From positions 1 to 64,000 of the IMG/VR virus record IMGVR_UViG_3300004481_000333: 64,000 nt of DNA; one strand, 5' to 3'. The notes below the pieces were generated by a model. That model saw nothing but the letters and a program-made list of their open reading frames with translations, was not told the DNA's origin and did no database searches. The DNA is from a virus. Positions 18,332-26,020 of this stretch are shown one piece after another (positions within the stretch are counted from its first letter, which is position 1; each line of letters begins with the position of its first letter). The position numbers and the translations under genes were made by a program.

Positions 18332-18674
18332 CAAGCGCGCTTTGGGACCCGAGATGCTGGCCGAAGGCTGGCGCGTGCTGGGTAGCGACGACATCGTTTG
18401 GTTCCATTCACCATCCGGGATAGCTGTCACGGTCACCCAGGCACAACGGCGCCAATGTCTGCTTCCTGTCCAGGGGGATGAGACCCCGAATCCCAAGACG
18501 CTAGGCTACGCTGTTCTGTGCCGGGAGTCAGGAGATGGCTTCTGGGTCCAATACTACGGAGTTGCGGTCAGGCGTGCACGTGAGATCCGGGCATCAATTC
18601 TGCGGGACCACGTGATGACCGAGACGGCTAAAGGAGGGGTTGATGCGACGCGAGAGACTGGGACGGAGCCATGA
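18324..18674 (+). CDS. hypothetical protein
   Basis: overlapping ORF whose 3' end is formed by the duplicated 41-bp sequence. Confidence 0.5.
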   Translation: MDDKRALGPEMLAEGWRVLGSDDIVWFHSPSGIAVTVTQAQRRQCLLPVQGDETPNPKTLGYAVLCRESGDGFWVQYYGVAVRRAREIRASILRDHVMTETAKGGVDATRETGTEP

Positions 18675-18692
18675 AAAACGGAGGAAGAGCAG

Positions 18693-19499
18693 ATGTTCAG
18701 CGTGACAGAGAAGGCGTTGATCGAAGCAGTTCAAACGAGATTGCGAGAGCCAAATGACGACAAAGGAGCAGAGATGCCCAAGGACGAGAAAGTGAATCCA
18801 ACTACCGATACGGCGGCAACCACGTACAACGAACCACCACAGAATCTCGCTGCTGGACCATGGCGTGCATTCCCAGAGAATAAGCCGACGCTTGGTGGGC
18901 CAAAACTCGTGGCGGTGAGCCACGCAACGGCGTCCTCAGGGTTCAAGTTTTGGACCCTGAGAATGGCACGTTACGACAACATCGGAGAGGGGTGCCCACG
19001 ATGGTGGTGTGTAGTGACGGACATGCCGTTGAGTGTTTCTCACTACGCGGACTTGCGCGATCCAATAGTGTCCGACGCGCCTACTTCCGATCCGGATCTT
19101 CCCGCGATTCCGAGACTTGAGTGCCCATTGGAAGAGGCGTCTGTTGAGCCAGCGCTCGAGCCCAACCTCCACTGGTCGTTCAAGCGCACGCCGTGCGAGA
19201 CCGACCTGCGGAGAATCCTGCGGGAGTCCGAGGAGGCGGGGGCAAGGGCGATTGGGATTCGACTGTGCGGGCAGGCGATCGTGGGACTGAGAAAGAAGGC
19301 TCTGGAGGCAGCTGCGGGACTCAGCTTGATGAACTCCCTGGGTGTGATGGGCCAAAGAGGTTTACTGTCATGCGGCTCACTAGAATGGATGCTTATGTGG
19401 GTCTCGGGAGACCCCGCAGAGGCAGCCAAGGCGGCGTTGGCCGAACTGGACGCCTGGGCTGGCAAGCGGCACCGCACGACCGTGGCGGTGTTCAAATGA
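18693..19499 (+). CDS. hypothetical protein
   Basis: 268 aa, GGAGG SD. Confidence 0.6.
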   Translation: MFSVTEKALIEAVQTRLREPNDDKGAEMPKDEKVNPTTDTAATTYNEPPQNLAAGPWRAFPENKPTLGGPKLVAVSHATASSGFKFWTLRMARYDNIGEGCPRWWCVVTDMPLSVSHYADLRDPIVSDAPTSDPDLPAIPRLECPLEEASVEPALEPNLHWSFKRTPCETDLRRILRESEEAGARAIGIRLCGQAIVGLRKKALEAAAGLSLMNSLGVMGQRGLLSCGSLEWMLMWVSGDPAEAAKAALAELDAWAGKRHRTTVAVFK

Positions 19500-19630
19500 G
19501 CCTCTCGGACGAGAAACGGAGGTATCTTGAGAGCCTGTCGCCAACGCAGGGATGCTTCGAGATCCAACGATGGGCCCACGCCGGCTGCACGGGAGTCGGG
19601 CGCGGGAGTTCTGCAGGGCAAAAAAAGTAG

Positions 19631-19659
19631 TTGACAGCGTCCATCGTATGATGCATGAT
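19631..19659 (+). promoter_or_regulatory. sigma70-type promoter
   Basis: TTGACA-N17-CATGAT preceded by an A-tract (UP-like). Confidence 0.75.
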
Positions 19660-19686
19660 GCACCGTAGTCCAGGAAGGTAACTGCT

Positions 19687-19845
19687 ATGACCGATCAGGA
19701 CGCCAGAAGGCTAGCTGCTGAATCGCGGTGTGATCTTAGGACCGTGCGCTCCATGCTGGTCGACCCGGCAAGCGTGCGTCCGGTCAGCAGGACACGCATC
19801 GAGGAAGCAGCCAAGAGGTTGAAGATCAAACTTCCAAGAGCGTAG
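19687..19845 (+). CDS. small LacI-type HTH regulator (52 aa)
   Basis: MTDQDARRLAAESRCDLRTVRSMLVDPASVRPVSRTRIEEAAKRL resembles the LacI headpiece; AGGAAGG SD; below the ORF-track cutoff. Confidence 0.7.
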   Translation: MTDQDARRLAAESRCDLRTVRSMLVDPASVRPVSRTRIEEAAKRLKIKLPRA

Positions 19846-19848
19846 CAA

Positions 19849-21660
19849 ATGGTCAAAGCAAAAACAGTTCAGCGTTCCGGCCAGGGTCGTCGCAGGAAGG
19901 GCGACCTCCACTCGCCCAAAGGCGAGGCCAAAGTGCACTCAGCCAATACTGAGCTCAAGCGCTCAGTACCTCTGCATCCCGGCGACCTTGGCTCGAGCGC
20001 TGAACCGAAGAGACCGAAGTCTCTCGGCTCAAAAGAGTTGGACGAGGCGCGCGATTGGCTGATCGCGGAGCTCTCTTCCATGGGGGTAGCGAAGCCGGTA
20101 GTGTTCCGAGGCCGGAAGGGACACGGAGTAGAGGTCAAGGACGGACGTCGAAAGTTGGGTGGAATTGACAACGCCGACTTGATTACGCGCAACGTTCATG
20201 CCGTAGAGGACTTGTTTCGGCTGCATGGGTCGGTTACGATAGAAATCGACCCGAAGGCAGCGCACGCGCACAAAGACATCCTGTTCGGAGTGTGTAGAGC
20301 CCTCGTTGCGGGCCAGCGGGCAGTGATGCGGGCTCTGTACCGTGGAGAGCACGACACTCCGGCGGCACGGGACCCCGACTTCGTCGCCTATTGCGCACTA
20401 AGCAAGAACAAGGTCGACCAACTGATCGCCAAAGGTGGTACCCTCCTGTCGAACAGCTACGCCTATCCGATTCTGCGGTACGCAGCATCGCAATGGCTCG
20501 CCAATTCAAAGACAGAAGTAGAGCGCAATCTCAGCGTTGCCAGCAACCAGATAGGGTCCGCGTCGAAGAATGCTGAGCGAAAGTGGCGCGATTGGATGGG
20601 GCACCAGGACGAGCAGTCTCTTCCGAGATTCACCACGCCATCATGCGAGGTCGACGCCGACCAGTACAAGCTAACGATGAAGGGTCGAGAGCTGTCGGTA
20701 GCTCTCAAGATTCAGGGAGCGGACGGCGGAAGAATACCTGTGATCGATCTCGATGCCTACGCTCGCGGTGGATCTGGATGGGCGGACCTGCGGCGCATCC
20801 TCTCGGGGGAATGGGAGCGCCGATCTGCACGGTTGGTGTGGGACGATGCCCGTAGGAGATGGCTCCTGAAAATCTCGGTCATGAAACCCAGACCGGAGTT
20901 GAAGCATGGGGTAGGTGCCATGGTCGTGTGTCCGGGCGTGGACTCACTTGTGCGCGTATGGGGAAGCAACGGATGGCGCGGTCCGGCCGATGACACCGCC
21001 AGCATCATCGCGCGCAAACTCAGGATCGATTCCAGGAAGTCACAACTCGGGCAGCACAAGGATTTCCAGGGTCATGGGGCACGCGGACATGGCCGCGGTA
21101 GGTTCACCAAGCTTCTGCGGAGATTTGGTGATGCGGAAGCGAGATTCGACAAAACGCATATCCAGCAAGGCGCGGCCCGCGTGGTACAACTGGCGCTCGG
21201 ACAACGTCTTGGAAAGAATGGGTGGTCCGAGCGAGAAGGTTCGGTGGGTGAGGTTCTGGTCAACAGTTTTGGATCATTTTGCCCGACGCATCCGGACCGT
21301 CGCATCGAGCGAGTGCTCCGACGATTCCCCATCTGTGCCCAACGGGACGCGATTTGCTGGGCTCTACGCAAGGCTGGAATCCCTCATCGGGTTGTCAAGA
21401 GCGCGAATCTTTGCCCCGCGTGCGGAGAGGCTAAGGTTGTCCACTACAGCGGCATGGATTGGTGCTGCCCCAAGTGCCACCTGCGCGCGCCCCGAGACCT
21501 ATGGACCGCATGGCAGACGTTCATTGCCGGAGGTGATAGCCAACACTACGACCTTTCCGAAGTCGGAAAGGAGTTCCGAGAAGCGGCAGAATATGCGGAA
21601 TCGATCCGCAGGAAGGCAGAACAGAATGGATCCGAAGAAACTGAAGAAGCTGCTCAATGA
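19849..21660 (+). CDS. TnpB/Cas12f-like RNA-guided protein, predicted RuvC-inactive
   Basis: WLLKIS..KP then RuvC-I AMVVCPG (Asp->Cys); GHGARGHGRGR Cas12f-like segment; RuvC-II VLVNSFG (Glu->Asn); KAGIP.RVV; CPAC/CPKC Zn ribbon; RuvC-III RDL; adjacent mini-array. True start may lie downstream of 19849. Confidence 0.8.
   Translation: MVKAKTVQRSGQGRRRKGDLHSPKGEAKVHSANTELKRSVPLHPGDLGSSAEPKRPKSLGSKELDEARDWLIAELSSMGVAKPVVFRGRKGHGVEVKDGRRKLGGIDNADLITRNVHAVEDLFRLHGSVTIEIDPKAAHAHKDILFGVCRALVAGQRAVMRALYRGEHDTPAARDPDFVAYCALSKNKVDQLIAKGGTLLSNSYAYPILRYAASQWLANSKTEVERNLSVASNQIGSASKNAERKWRDWMGHQDEQSLPRFTTPSCEVDADQYKLTMKGRELSVALKIQGADGGRIPVIDLDAYARGGSGWADLRRILSGEWERRSARLVWDDARRRWLLKISVMKPRPELKHGVGAMVVCPGVDSLVRVWGSNGWRGPADDTASIIARKLRIDSRKSQLGQHKDFQGHGARGHGRGRFTKLLRRFGDAEARFDKTHIQQGAARVVQLALGQRLGKNGWSEREGSVGEVLVNSFGSFCPTHPDRRIERVLRRFPICAQRDAICWALRKAGIPHRVVKSANLCPACGEAKVVHYSGMDWCCPKCHLRAPRDLWTAWQTFIAGGDSQHYDLSEVGKEFREAAEYAESIRRKAEQNGSEETEEAAQ
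19867..20027 (+). ncRNA. putative tracrRNA-like scaffold overlapping the 5' end of the Cas12f-like ORF
   Basis: CTCCACT (19906-19912) and CCTCTGCATCC (19969-19979) are complementary to two parts of the array repeat; long stem 19867-19892/19980-20005 and terminal hairpin 20005-20027. Confidence 0.65.
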
Positions 21661-22363
21661 GGCTGGAATCTGCTTCACCCAGTGGAACGACTGGGAACTA
21701 GTACAGCGCGAACTCTCGAAGCTCAGGGTTGCGCGCGACAAGGCTGAAGCACACTACTGCCTGTTTCTGTGTGGCGTCGAGGCCTGCTCGGCGGAGTGGC
21801 GTAGCGGGCTCGATTCGAAGGAACCGCAGACATTCGACCATTGGCTGCGCAAGCAGTCTCTGCATGATGACCCGGCGCGCTACCGGGCTATGCTGATCGC
21901 TCTCGAAACCAAGGGGCTTGAGTGGGTGCAACGAGTCGGACCGATTGCGATCGCGACGGTCGTAAAGAATCTTCCATCAGAACTTCGGGACGAAGGATTC
22001 AGGCGTCTTGCGGACAAGAGAGCTGACGTCGGGCAACCGGTATCGTCTAAGATCGGTCCGGCGGTTGTGGCGGCCGTCAAAGCGGCGCACCAGGACATCT
22101 GCCCTCCCATGCCGAGACATCCGAAGCTCGTGAAGTTGGGTGCCAAGCTGCAGACGTCGAGGGGTCAAGTGAAGTCGCTGGAGGATGAGCTCAAGGAAGC
22201 TAGGTCTACCATTGCGGAGCGAGACCGGACGATCGAACGGCTCATGGCTGAGAATTCCGAGCTTCGCGAGCGGCTCGGTGCTGCGCAAACCGCGCTAGGC
22301 GCTCGCACGCAGAAACCTCGAAAAACAGTGGGGACGCAGCAACCGGCGATGCCGGCCGAGTAG
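21626..22363 (+). CDS. coiled-coil accessory protein coupled to the Cas12f-like gene
   Basis: 245 aa from ATG 21626, overlaps the upstream stop; C-terminal heptads VKSLEDELKEARSTIAERDRTIERLMAENSELRERL. Confidence 0.7.
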   Translation: MDPKKLKKLLNEAGICFTQWNDWELVQRELSKLRVARDKAEAHYCLFLCGVEACSAEWRSGLDSKEPQTFDHWLRKQSLHDDPARYRAMLIALETKGLEWVQRVGPIAIATVVKNLPSELRDEGFRRLADKRADVGQPVSSKIGPAVVAAVKAAHQDICPPMPRHPKLVKLGAKLQTSRGQVKSLEDELKEARSTIAERDRTIERLMAENSELRERLGAAQTALGARTQKPRKTVGTQQPAMPAE

Positions 22364-22439
22364 AAGCAATGGAGATGGCGAAGACCCGCTCGCAAAGTAC
22401 AGCGCAAGGTAGCAGGATCGTGGAGGTCCTAGCTGGCGG

Positions 22440-22646
22440 GTCAGGACAGCTGAAAGGATGCGGAGGAAGTGGAGCATGACCATCACGCACGCACGGGCCC
22501 GGGACATTCTGGTCGCTGTGGGCAACAGGATGCAGAGGAAGTGGAGCCGATCGAGCGCGGTCCTGCGGGTCACTTCACCTCGGCGTCGCTGTGGGCAACA
22601 GGATGCAGAGGAAGTGGAGCTAAGGCCTGGCAGGCAACCAAAGAAC
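22440..22646 (+). CRISPR. mini CRISPR array: 3 repeat units, 36-bp repeat
   Basis: GTCGCTGTGGGCAACAGGATGCAGAGGAAGTGGAGC identical at 22512-22547 and 22585-22620; 5'-degenerate copy at 22440-22475; unique spacers of 36 and 37 bp plus a third segment after repeat 3. Confidence 0.85.
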
Positions 22647-22675
22647 GGCCCCCATGGAACAACGCCACGGGGGCC
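22647..22675 (+). terminator. hairpin closing the array
   Basis: GGCCCCCATGG...CCACGGGGGCC stem; no U-tract. Confidence 0.45.
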
Positions 22676-22904
22676 AGGCATCATTACCTCGATCTGAGGC
22701 TCCCTTCGGCTCTCGCCGACGTGCTTGGGATTAGGTAGGAGAAGACTAGCACGCCAGCGAGGTCGTTGACCAGCCGGCGCATTCGTGCCAGAACGAATAA
22801 GCCCCGCCGACCGAGAATCGACGGGGCTCTGGAAGGATCGAGACCTGCTACATCAGGAGTAGCAGGATGGCAGTCTTCGGTCAACCAGGTCCACTGGGGG
22901 CAGC

Positions 22905-24125
22905 GTGAGTCGGTGGTGCAGAGCCGAAAAGGCCGAGCGTTCCCGGGTGAGGGAGCGGGGTCCACGGCAGCCTGAACATCCACCAGACTTCCCCGAAACC
23001 GAGCGTTTCGCTCTCGAGCGGGTCTTCAGCTGGCTTTGCTGGGTCTCGTCGTCGCCTGCGGGATCGATGCTGGGTCGTCAAGAGCTTTTCGGGCTGCCGA
23101 TCCGAGAATGCCAGCGGTGTAGGGGCACGGGGCTGGTTCAGCGCCAGCCACGCCGGGAGCCCCGGTTCGCGGAGTTCGCGATCCTACTGGGCTGCTTGGA
23201 GGAGGAGGCGAGGCAGCGGTGGGAGGCGCTTCAGGCCCAGATCGAGCCAGAACTGGGGGACAAGCAATGCCCGAGATGTCGAGGAAGCGGAAGGACGCAG
23301 GCCAGGATCGGGGCGAAGCCCATCGGTACCTGGTATCAATCTCCGTCGATTGAGTGCCCCGCAGGCGTCCGGAACTGCTCGGGTCAGGCCCCATGGTCAG
23401 AAGAGGTCGTGTGCGCATCGGGGCATCCAGACGCTCGCGACTGGTATGAGCCCAACCCTGAGAGCTATGCCTACATTGGGGCACAACTGTCCAGGTTGCT
23501 GCTGGTAGAGCGCCGGCACGGAGCTAGGTCCGTGAGTGTGCTGCAGATCTGGTACGGCCCGGACGCGCGACGGTATGACCCCGAGGAGGTCCCGATCCCG
23601 ACCGACGATGCTTTGCGCGTGCTTGAGCTTGCGCATCAAGAGGGCGCGTTGGTGCTGGACGTCGAGACCGAAGAGGACGTTCCGGCTGAGATCGCGAAGC
23701 GACTCAAGTCCTACAACGAGGAGTGGCGGGACCGGCACGAGGCGGAACGTAATGGTAGCGCGATTGCGCCGTACTCCATGGGCGCGTTTGAGATCTCGGC
23801 TCTGCTGCGTCCCAAGCGGATCCAGCGATCCGAAGAGCTGGGGCGTCAGGCACAGCTGGTCCAGATCTGGCCCGCGACCGCGACGGGGCGCAAGGCGCTT
23901 CGTGGCATGTCGGACATCGAGAATTTGCGTTCCACCATTGAGACCAAGCGGGGTGGACACCGAAAGGTCGCTCAGCTGGACCGGGAGGCGGAGAAGCTGT
24001 TGAGTCGAGCGCAGCGGTATTGGTGCGCGACCAAGCGGGTATCACCGACTCTCATCGTCGTGGCGGACTGGAGGGCAACCGCCGAGGTTCTGGTGAAGGA
24101 AATCCTTGCCCGGAGGGCGGCGTGA
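22905..24125 (+). CDS. Zn-finger protein, possible antiterminator/late regulator
   Basis: two DnaJ/Q-type motifs, CQRCRGTG and CPRCRGSG; position near the end of the early/middle operon. Confidence 0.55.
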   Translation: MSRWCRAEKAERSRVRERGPRQPEHPPDFPETERFALERVFSWLCWVSSSPAGSMLGRQELFGLPIRECQRCRGTGLVQRQPRREPRFAEFAILLGCLEEEARQRWEALQAQIEPELGDKQCPRCRGSGRTQARIGAKPIGTWYQSPSIECPAGVRNCSGQAPWSEEVVCASGHPDARDWYEPNPESYAYIGAQLSRLLLVERRHGARSVSVLQIWYGPDARRYDPEEVPIPTDDALRVLELAHQEGALVLDVETEEDVPAEIAKRLKSYNEEWRDRHEAERNGSAIAPYSMGAFEISALLRPKRIQRSEELGRQAQLVQIWPATATGRKALRGMSDIENLRSTIETKRGGHRKVAQLDREAEKLLSRAQRYWCATKRVSPTLIVVADWRATAEVLVKEILARRAA

Positions 24126-24568
24126 TGGAGCGCAGATGGCTAAGGCTGCGGGAAGCTGCGGAACGGCTCGAGATGGGGCGCGACCGGAACGCGGCGCGCA
24201 AACTCGAACTCGACCTCATGGATGTCCAGAAACGGACCGGGGTCACGATGCTTCGCAGGAAGGGTCCCGGTAGCGCGATCCTAGTGGACTGGGATCGAGC
24301 GGAGGGACACCTGGCGCGTCGGAAAGCCACGGCGGATCAGTACCAGGATTGGCACGACGAGCTCTGCCGGCTCGCGGCCGAGATGGCGGATCAACGCGAC
24401 AACGTGAACGTGCAGCCCCAGATTGACCGGATCAATGGGCGTCTGGACCGACTTGGCTGTCAAATCGATACCGTCCAGGAGGATGCGCGCCGGCGCGATT
24501 CCGCCATGCTGGCCATGCTGACCCAGCTGGTGGCCAAGATGGGGGAGCTGGCGCGAGATCCTACGTGA
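24125..24568 (+). CDS. HTH (excisionase-like) plus coiled-coil protein
   Basis: WLRLREAAERLEM N-terminus; coiled-coil C-terminus. Confidence 0.55.
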   Translation: MERRWLRLREAAERLEMGRDRNAARKLELDLMDVQKRTGVTMLRRKGPGSAILVDWDRAEGHLARRKATADQYQDWHDELCRLAAEMADQRDNVNVQPQIDRINGRLDRLGCQIDTVQEDARRRDSAMLAMLTQLVAKMGELARDPT

Positions 24569-25058
24569 TCGCAAGGCTAGACAGGACCTCGTCTGCTGGG
24601 CTGTACGTGTAGTCTCCCCTCCGAGCTTTGCGCCAGCGTTCGAGTTCGCTGGTCCAGACGGCCTCTCCGTCATTGGACCACGCGTTCGACTGGCCGTCGA
24701 AGGGTCGGAACAAGTGAACGACGTCGATTCCGCGCTTCAGAAGCGGGACCGCGATCAGGGAGTAGCGATGACAGTCTGTCGGGTTTTCTTCCTGACACAT
24801 CAGGATGACGTGACCAGGATGGTTCTCGAGCCATGCGAGTCCCGCGGTCGTGACGGAAAAGGGAGGCTTGTTTCCCAGCGTTTCTCCGCGCCAAACGTAC
24901 CTACGTCCCAGTAGGGTCGTGAGGTCGTCGCGTGAGAACCCGCGCTTTACGCGCCCAGAGGGGCGCGCTCGAACGTCAACCAAGAGGGAGCTCGTCCGGT
25001 CCACGAGGGCGAAAAGCTGGCTAGTTGCGAGGTGCTGGTATCCGACGCTTAGGTACAT
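24561..25058 (-). CDS. DUF488 family protein
   Basis: SVGY...LVDVR..P...F...YVWRGETLG...LMCQEENPTDCHR.LIA. Confidence 0.85.
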   Translation of the reverse strand: MYLSVGYQHLATSQLFALVDRTSSLLVDVRARPSGRVKRGFSRDDLTTLLGRRYVWRGETLGNKPPFSVTTAGLAWLENHPGHVILMCQEENPTDCHRYSLIAVPLLKRGIDVVHLFRPFDGQSNAWSNDGEAVWTSELERWRKARRGDYTYSPADEVLSSLAIT

Positions 25059-25127
25059 GCGTTTCCGATCTCGGTAGCGCGTGGCCACCGCTACGGGCCT
25101 CCATGACTGGGGACCCGGATGCGGAGG

Positions 25128-25445
25128 TCAGACGGAGGGGTCGAGTTCGGGGAATCCGAGCTCTTCGAGCGCGTCCGTGAGATCCTGGCCCGTCAGTGGC
25201 GTGACTAGGGCCCGTCCGTTGCGCGCCACTCTGGTGATGCGTGCCATGCCTCGCCCATAGATCGCGCGGTTATCTGTGGTGCCACACCAGCCCTCTAGTC
25301 GAGGCTCGTGGCTCCCATTGGTGTAGGGTGGACGGTCGCGGAGCTGCCATCTCTCCGCCATGTTGTTCTGGTCCTGGATCATGACCAAGAAGCCGATTTG
25401 TCCGAGCTTGGTAGGTTCGTCGTAGGTATCGATCCACTGTGCCAT
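25128..25445 (-). CDS. hypothetical protein
   Basis: GAGGA SD, 105 aa. Confidence 0.65.
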   Translation of the reverse strand: MAQWIDTYDEPTKLGQIGFLVMIQDQNNMAERWQLRDRPPYTNGSHEPRLEGWCGTTDNRAIYGRGMARITRVARNGRALVTPLTGQDLTDALEELGFPELDPSV

Positions 25446-25559
25446 TGCGGTTCAGTCCTCTCTTCTCGCGCGGCCACGGGACAATCCCGAGGCTCGGCGG
25501 TGGGCCCCCCGGCGCGCCACGAACGCGCGGCCGTCGTTACCGGGCGGGGGGCTGTGGTC

Positions 25560-25940
25560 TCAGTCGAGCCGCTCTGCCGGGAGGTCCGCGATACACTCGT
25601 CGCCCAACTGAGCGTCGTCGATCACACCCGCCACACGTCGGATCGCGCGGACTGTTTCGGCGGTGTCGGGCCGGCCGTCTATTGCGTCGACCAAGAACCC
25701 TGCACTGGCTCCACGCCAACCGATGTGGACGCCACCGGAGCCCGAGTCGAGCTCGCCGTAGACGAGGCGCCGACCGTCGTCGTGCTGGCGGACTCGGATG
25801 TACCAGACGTGATTTGCCTGACACTCGACCTGACCGTCGTGTCGACTGGCGCCGGCGATTCTGGGCCAAAGCTCGGGGTCGATCCTGACCGGCGCGCGGT
25901 CGCTCATGGCAACCGTGATGGTGTTTTTTGGTAGGGTCAT
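25560..25940 (-). CDS. hypothetical protein
   Basis: ATG preceded by the GAGACCACCACCC motif. Confidence 0.65.
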   Translation of the reverse strand: MTLPKNTITVAMSDRAPVRIDPELWPRIAGASRHDGQVECQANHVWYIRVRQHDDGRRLVYGELDSGSGGVHIGWRGASAGFLVDAIDGRPDTAETVRAIRRVAGVIDDAQLGDECIADLPAERLD

Positions 25941-26020
25941 GGGTGGTGGTCTCACTTTCTGCGGGGGCTTTTCCCTCGCCCGCCGGGGTCCTGGTGGGCC
26001 CCGGTACGGCGCCGGAATAG

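Larger units (their letters stand above)
17161..18668 (+). repeat. 41-bp perfect direct repeat (17161-17201; 18628-18668)
   Basis: CTAAAGGAGGGGTTGATGCGACGCGAGAGACTGGGACGGAG twice, each followed by ...CCATGAAA. Confidence 0.92.

Noticed and set aside
20915-21625. N-terminal half of the 482-aa ORF in the track
   Set aside because: It overlaps the Cas12f-like gene in another frame with shadow-like composition; ATG 21626 is the more plausible start
19849-21660. IS200/IS605 or IS607 transposon carrying an active TnpB
   Set aside because: No TnpA or serine recombinase nearby, two RuvC catalytic residues appear substituted, and the gene is linked to a repeat-spacer array
22476-22646. Self-targeting of spacers within this window
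   Set aside because: Only matches of about 10 nt were noticed by eye (for example near 16391, 47800 and 49418), which is expected by chance; an exhaustive search was not possible
22697-22710. GCTCCCTTC as an anti-repeat downstream of the array
   Set aside because: Short and gapped relative to GCTCCACTTC; much weaker than the split anti-repeat at 19906-19986
22458-22738. Short ORFs across the array (79 and 89 aa)
   Set aside because: Their repeated peptides are translations of the 36-bp repeats in shifting frames
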